Origin: the human T2T-CHM13v2.0 reference genome, Homo sapiens
DNA length: 64,000 nucleotides
NCBI RefSeq assembly: GCF_009914755.1
Contig: NC_060927.1
Reading direction: 5' to 3' (one strand)
Shown piece after piece: positions 56,981 to 64,000 of the stretch (its first letter is position 1; every line of letters starts with the position of its first letter). Under the pieces are notes generated by a model. That model was not told where the DNA came from. It did not search any database and worked only from the letters and a program-made list of their open reading frames with translations. Both the position numbers and the translations under genes were made by a program.

Positions 56981-58580
56981 TTAACTATAACATTGTTAAT
57001 AAACCAAAAAGGCAGTAGCAACTTAAACATCTGTTTGTAGGCAAAAGGTTAAATAAATTACAGTACAACCAAAATATGGAAAACTATGCAACAGTTAAAA
57101 AAAAAAAGTTAAATGTATAGAGAATGCATGGAAAGAGACTTCAAGACTTTGATATGAGTGATGAAAACAACAGAATATTATATGCAGTGTGATCTACTTA
57201 CATAAAACAAAGCACAAAACATAGCTATGTATTTTTATTTCTACGTGTTCATGTTTATGTTGTGTGAAAGTGCATAGCGAACAGGTTTTCAAATACTTGC
57301 ACAAATTGATTACAGTGGCTAAGATGGTGGTGGGGTGGAATTGGACTGATGGTGTGTCCTTAAAGCAGCTCTCCAAAACTAAACACAAACTCTGATTTAT
57401 GTGCTAATTTTTTTGTAGTGTAAGCACTTCCCATTGCAACCAATTTGAAGCTACCAATAATTTAACTGCTGGATTATTTAACTCTCAGCTCTTTTGAGCT
57501 GGAGGCTAATGTATACTGCATTAGACTTCTTTCACTTTTTCTGCCTGCTTTCCTCCACCTATTTTTCTGCCTCTTTTCCTCCTTCTCTTCTTCCATTTCT
57601 CCCACTTTTTTTCCTCCTTTCTTTCCTTCCTACCTTTCTTTCCAACAAAGGTCTATTCATATATTCTTGTAATTACTTAAAAAAAATGGAGTAAATTAAA
57701 GCGCAGAAAATCTTCAGAAGGACACAGAAAGAGGAGACACACAGGAGAAAGTGATGGGATCCCATCAGCCAACTAGGCTTTGAGGCGTTTTTTCACTTGG
57801 TCTAGGGCTGACACTAGTCTTTCTGCAGGGTTGAGGTAGAAAGACTGGCTTGAGGGTATGATCTGAGAATAAGGTAGATAGGAGGTATTGGTGGAGCTGA
57901 GTATATTTTAATCTGAAAATGATCATCTTTTCTAAGTGACAACTTTTTATCACTAAATTCAGTCCTTGAGTTATAATAGCCGTGAGTGGTTTTCTTTTTC
58001 TCACACAAAAAAATAAAGTTAAATTCTGTAATTCTAATGAAAATTATGTTTTTTTCTGATTGAAAAATAACACAGAACATTTACGTGATCATATATAGAG
58101 TTTTGTCATATTCAAGAATAAAAAAGATAAACAACAACATAACTGACCATTCTGTTATTAAATGGCAAATGTGGAGAGGGAAATAAACAAAAATAAGGAG
58201 GTTTACTTGAGTAATCAATTAGAATTATTGGGTTCTGCATAATTTCTTGCTCTGCTTCCCATAGGATTTTGATTCTTGTTTCCTCAGTTAAAGAAAAAGC
58301 TGTAATAATATCTGCTCTGTCTGACACTCAGGGTTCTCACTCAGGGTTTATATTCTCACAATGAATATAAAAGTTTTTGTAAAAACAGCAACCCAATCCT
58401 ATATACTTAAAAGGATTTAAAGCTGTCAGGGACCTGGGCTCCATCACTGACTGTTTCCAAAAGGAATCATATCACCTTCTTGGATATCGGTTTCTTCATT
58501 TGTAAGGTAAGGCATTTGTAATGGGCTATGACCTTGGAAGTTCTCTGACTCTGTATCACGCAAAAGTAATAGATCACTAC

Positions 58581-58823
58581 CATGTATCTGGCATCCCAGC
58601 ATCCACACTCCAGGGGCCTTGGCCACCATGAAGGCATCTTCCAGTGAGGAGGGGAAGAGCATAATGGTGTCCTTTCTGTGATTCCGAGAGATCAGAGTTT
58701 GTCCGCGGAGGTAGACGGGGTGTATGTCAGCCACGCCACCCATGCCAACAAAATACCACTGGACCCTATCTTCAGCACACATGGTGAGATTGGGCAGATT
58801 TCCATAGATGTATCCATTTATTG
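58581..58823 (-). pseudogene. CPHL1P: Exon 5 homologue (243 bp), domain 2 type 1 Cu region
   Basis: SINGYIYGNLPNLTMCAEDRVQWYFVGMGGVADIHPVYLRGQTLISRNHRKDTIMLFPSSLEDAFMVAKAPGVWMLGCQIH; the donor G|gtagtg is weak, so the 3' boundary is less certain. Confidence 0.88.
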
Positions 58824-59510
58824 CTGAAAACAAATGTATATTAATCAATCAGGCATGATAGATCAGTGCCACCTGGTAAAAATTCTGTGTATTTCCTCAT
58901 CATATTAATATAAACCTCACAATGTCAACATTGTTCTCACACATAATCTATAACATCTGATTTGTGTTTCATGGGAAAGGAGTCCATATGCATTGTGTAT
59001 GATGAGAAGTGAGGGGAACACAAAGGTTTAAAGGCAAGAGGAGAAAAAGTTCCTGAAAGGCAGGAAGCAGTGAAAAGGGGAAAAAAATAGAAACTAAGTT
59101 CATGAGAGAAGAAACCAAGGATAAGGGTGACGGATTATGATGACATCATTTCTGAAAAATTCTATGTTGGATAAAAACACATATTCATAAAATATTTGGT
59201 CAATTATGTCTTTGTTATTCCATATTTTATTACTTAAAGTTACGTCTTTCTTAGGTTTTTACTGTCTATTTTAAATCAGTATGAGACTTCAGAAAACAAA
59301 TATTGACCAAACTTTACTTGCTATTGGACTTAGGGAATGAGCAGGCTTTACTAGTGATTTGCATTTGCATGTCAACCCAGTATACTCTGATTGAAACGCT
59401 GAAAAACATAAACTCAACTAAATAAACTTGAACAAAGGGAAATGACTGAATACGATCATAGAAGTTAGAATTATAAGATATTATGTATGAGAAAGTTCTT
59501 TTAATCGTAC

Positions 59511-59681
59511 ATTGCATGCTCATGCTCTCCTCAAAACGGGGATCACTAGTATTAATCTTGCCAGATTCAGTAAATGCACGAATATTTTCATCACTATACC
59601 AGCTTCTGCTTTCATCAGTTGTAGAAAACATCAGAAAAGAAGACCTGTCAATATCTTTTTCAGTGTCTCCATTCAGTGTCC
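59511..59681 (-). pseudogene. CPHL1P: Exon 4 homologue (171 bp)
   Basis: GTLNGDTEKDIDRSSFLMFSTTDESRSWYSDENIRAFTESGKINTSDPRFEESMSMQ; cag|...T|gtacga. Confidence 0.92.
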
Positions 59682-60019
59682 CTGAAACAAAAAACACATT
59701 TCTTACTTTTCATGTAGACATTAATTAGAACCATTGTTACAGATACAACTACTTTTACGATCTACAGTTTTGTTAATTGTTAGGGCACGTGAAAAAGGTA
59801 AATGTTTGCGATGTGGGATGTCGGTTTTTGTAAAGTTTACAACAAACTTAAAAAAGCATATTACCTATATGAAGCCATATTTAAAGAATCCATACTCATC
59901 TTTACATCAAATCAGTAACTTTCTGCAGTGTCTGCATCTGATGACCATTATCGCGTGAGATTGTTCAAAGTCTAAAAATTTGTGTTTCCTCAAACGAAGG
60001 ATAACTTTAGTTCATACCA

Positions 60020-60960
60020 ATTTATTTATTCTTCTATGCTTATATTCAACAAATATTTATTGAATATTTGTAATGTGTTAGGTACTATGACAAGTGTTGG
60101 GTTTATAAAAGTGAACAAGACAGTTATCTACCCTTGCAGGGCATACAATCAAGGGTGGACGCCATCAATTAATAAGATACTATAGTGTGTAAAGTTCTAT
60201 AGTAGGGAAGAGTTCAGTGTTTGGGAGCTGGTTAATTTAATTTTGGGTATGGAAATCTTTTCTGAAGGCAGTGACACCTCAGTTGATATTTAAAGGATGA
60301 GGAGTTTGCTGGGGTGTACCTGTAGAGAAGATTCCAGGCAGCAATTAAGATAAAAGGAATTTGGACTTTATCGTCAGAACAATCAGCAGTCCTTGAAGGA
60401 TTTTAAGCAAAGGAGTGACAGACTCAGAATCATCCTCCCACCTTCACCCCCCAGACAGAAAGCCAAGTGGAGATGAATTGAAAGGGGAAGCACTAGAGAC
60501 TGGTGGGGCAGCTAAGAGGCTGTTGTGGGTATCCTAGCAAAAAGATGGCAGTGGCCTGAACTAGGTTAGAGTTCGTGGAGCTGAAGAGAAGTGAGCTGAC
60601 CTTGTGATGTGTACGAAGTAGAGCTGGCGGGACTTGACTGATGTATTTAGCAAGTGATGAGGGAGAGGGCAGTATCAAGAATGTTACCCAAGGTTTTGTC
60701 TCCAGTGACTAATTGGAGCATACTGGGGCCATTCCCCAAGGCAGGGAACACAGAAGGAAGGGAGAGATTCAGGGCAGGAACAAATGACGGGTTTTGGAAT
60801 ATGACGTATTTAGGTACGGATGAAACACCCAAGTAGAGACGCCAAGTTGCCAGGCCTGACTATCAGTAAAGGAGTTTGAACCAAAGTTACAGATTTCAGA
60901 CTCATTAACCCACAGATGGAAACAAATGACTCAAAATGGATAAGATCCCTCTGTGCGCTT
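60020..60960. mobile_element. L2 fragment
   Basis: 'attcaacaaatatttattgaa', 'tgaaggattttaagcaaaggagtgaca' and 'agatggcagtggcctgaactagg'. Confidence 0.75.
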
Positions 60961-61108
60961 AGATTGAACAAAAGAGAAAAGTGCTTAGGACAGTGGGAAT
61001 AAAATAGTTATAATATTTAAAAAGTATATAAAAATATAATATTCTATAAAATTATTATCAGTCCCAAATATTTTATAACAGCCTTATATTTAAAACCATA
61101 GGGCATAA

Positions 61109-61288
<180 letters not shown>

Positions 61289-61512
61289 TGATGGCAGTTC
61301 ACATACTTGCCTTTGAGAATGCAAAGCATTAAGTTATCTTACTGTTTAAAAAGAAAAGGGAGAAAGTTTGGAAATGTTCAGACTAGATAGCTAATGTTTA
61401 AGTTAAATATAATAAACACATATTCTTTATCTTGCCATTATGCAGTTGAGTTCCTTGCAATTTTGAGAAGGGCAAAAAGCTCTTCCAAAGTTGGTTTAAA
61501 AAGTTATCTCCC

Positions 61513-61647
61513 GGCTGGGCACGGTGGCTCACACCTTTAATCCCAGCAGTTTGGGAGACCGAGACGGGCGGATCACAAGGTCAGGAGTTCAAGACCAGCC
61601 TGGCTAATATGGTGAAACCCAGCCTCTACTAAAAATACAAAAAAAAA
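61513..61647 (+). mobile_element. Solo Alu left monomer with perfect TSD
   Basis: Left arm plus A-tail; TSD aaaaagttatctccc at 61498-61512 and 61648-61662. Confidence 0.9.
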
Positions 61648-62032
61648 AAAAAGTTATCTCCCAAGGAATGTAATTTGTAATCATGAGACTATGTGTGTTT
61701 GGCATAGGAAACTGCAATTATTAAAATATTTATTGTGGAGAGATGTTTGTTCACCTAAAATTTAAACTTTGATTGTCATAGGAAGTTAAATTTGCTCATT
61801 AACTTCATAATTAATCTAGTGCTGTTGCTTTGTTGATCTTGTTTTAATGAACCAAATCAGAATTTTCAAAACTCTATATTCCCTTGCAAGTTAGAAACAT
61901 ATCAGCAAAACTTCCTCCTTGCAAGAATTATTAATAAACTGATGATTCTAACTGATTCACCTTAAAACATAAACACAAAAAGGTGGCAGTAATTTTGAAG
62001 GAAGATGGCCGAAGTGAAGTTTATTGGGTTTG

Positions 62033-62105
62033 ACTACCATCTAGTGACCAACCTGAATTATTGGTTGAACTGAGGGTTGGATTTGAGATCGCCATCTAGT
62101 GCTCA
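62033..62105 (-). promoter_or_regulatory. Tandem CTCF-like motifs
   Basis: Minus strand GTCACTAGATGGTAG and AGCACTAGATGGCGA, both close to the CCASYAGRKGGCR consensus. Confidence 0.55.
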
Positions 62106-62263
62106 GAGTCCAAGATGGCAAGTTTCCATTCTTGACTGGAAAACCAAGGTTAAGGCAGGAAAATGGAGTGCCTTGGATAGTAAAATTCCTCTAGGAGAGC
62201 AGAGGACAGCCTACCCATTCTGGTTTACTCTTTTACTGCAATGAGATTTTTTTTTAAAGTTAC

Positions 62264-62476
62264 CTCTTTTACAAGTCAGTATTGGTCCAATAAGTCCCGA
62301 AGCTACATCTCTTGCAGTGTCTATATGGGAATGGTAAATTCTTGTCACACAATTACTGTCATTGGGGCCAGGTCCCTGATGTTCTTCTACATACCACTTG
62401 TAGGTATATTGTTTCCCTGGCTCCAGATATTCATCTTCCTTTTGCAGGCCTGTCGTATTATCAGGATAGATAGCAC
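62264..62476 (-). pseudogene. CPHL1P: Exon 3 homologue (213 bp)
   Basis: GAIYPDNTTGLQKEDEYLEPGKQYTYKWYVEEHQGPGPNDSNCVTRIYHSHIDTARDVASGLIGPILTCKR; HSH ligands intact; tag|...G|gtaac. Confidence 0.96.
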
Positions 62477-64000
62477 CTAGAAAACATATTCTGCACTGTG
62501 GTTACAGTAAATATTGGATAACACTATTTTGAATGTGACTCGGGCTTCCTCCATTATGCTACTTTGTATTTCTCAAAAAGTGTGCATTTCTCCCCACCAT
62601 TTCCCAGATTCCTACCTCCCTAAATCCCCTTTAGTTGGCTTCTACCTGAATGCTCAGCTTGGCTGCAGTTTTTAGACTAAATTGGAATGAGGCAGGCAGT
62701 ATATAATAGGCTATCATCACTCTTACTGATGGATTCAACAAATATTTATTTTGCACCTACCATGTGCCTAGATCTCAGATGCAGAGGTAACCTCTGGACT
62801 CCCGAGTTGCCCTCCATATTTTCTTCATTGCCAGTCAGACTTGGGACCCAGGGCATCCAAGGGTGTCCCTGTTACTTCCAAGTAGCCCACTGCAGTCCGA
62901 AGGTGGCCCATGCCGTTACTCTGAACTATTACCTCAGTTCTGACTTTGGACCGTTGCTCTCCTTTCTTTCTTCTTCTCTGGCTAAAGTGTTGCCTCAGAT
63001 CCTTACCCCTCGTGGCTGGATCCTGCTAACTATGAATAAAATTCCTTTATTCAATAAAAGACTTTGAAACATGAGCAGCCTCTGATTCTCTATTCTTCTT
63101 TTGGGACCCTCCTGTTCCACACTGAACATGAAGAAATTATGACTGACTGTTTTGTACTTTCTTCCTGCCCAGCGGCCCAGCTGGAACTGGCTCCAGTCAT
63201 GGTCCAGTTTCCTGAGTCTGTTTCAGTCCAGAGGATTAATTCAAGGCCTGTTTTCTAGTTCTTCTTCATGCTTCCCTGACGGAATCATCAAACCTCAGTT
63301 CAAGTTTTGAGAGTTGATTAAAAAATAAAAAAATAAAGCAAACTCTTGTTAACATTTTTCACATTATATGTCTATAATATAGACTATTTTTCTTTTTTTT
63401 TATAGACTATATTTAAAGGGCAATAATCATTGCAAGATGGTCATGTAACATGGCAAAATAATGATGACAGATGAAAGGAATGGCATATGGGATTTCCGCT
63501 GCCCTGTATTATCATAGAGCCTCTGTTGGAAGGAGCACGTATGCTATAGGTGGTACTCTTATCAAGTTGGCCTAAAATTCCAGTTTTCTAAAGATTTATG
63601 CCAGGCCTTTTAAAAACCATATTTCAAACACTGGGAAAAAATATCTGTGTTCTACTAAAGACAATTCCAAACTCTGTTTTCCTAGCTTTCCTTGTTGTCT
63701 CCCAAAAACTCACAAAATCCTATTTGTTGGCTTTCTCTTCCCTTCCTTTTTTTTTTTTTTTCCAAAATCATGATGTATCTGTGACTGTAGCTGTGTAGGA
63801 GAGAAGAGTCTGCCTGGAAAGTAGTGATTTCTCTTGATACTGATATCTTCCCAGAGGGTGATCCTCATCTACTAGGAAATGGAAATGAGGTGGGGGCAGA
63901 ACAGGATTTCTGCCAACCTAACATTTAGCTCATGAGTGTTTCCTACAAAACGAAACAAAAAAACACCTTTTTTTTCTTTTCTGGTGAGTAAGGGAAAAGT

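Noticed and set aside
62480-64000. Search for exon 1-2 homologues of the paralogue
   Set aside because: No RIG..YKKA or HxHG coding segment found; these exons probably lie beyond the window

Overview
Primate (human-like) genomic DNA from the ceruloplasmin locus; all genes are on the minus strand. The left end holds CP exon 1 (10403-10548, signal peptide [19 protein letters not shown]), exon 2 (1220-1467), the CP promoter and a HIF-type enhancer about 3.6 kb upstream. From about 18.2 kb to 62.5 kb lies a tandem, intron-containing CP paralogue, which I recognise as CPHL1P. Sixteen exons homologous to CP exons 3-18 plus a candidate terminal exon can be read with GT-AG boundaries and CP-like sizes and phases. 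I find three clear inactivating lesions: a 1-bp insertion creating TAA in exon 7, a TAA in exon 8 and a TAG in exon 18. There is also a His-to-Tyr change in the HCH motif. The reconstructed protein has an amicyanin-like C-x2-H-x2-M loop in domain 2 and has lost most of CP's Fe(II)-binding residues, which suggests a lost multicopper oxidase with a different function. The rest is intronic or intergenic DNA rich in Alu, L1, L2, MIR, LTR and DNA-transposon fossils. CP residue numbers, CP exon sizes and repeat subfamily names are from memory, not from a database search.
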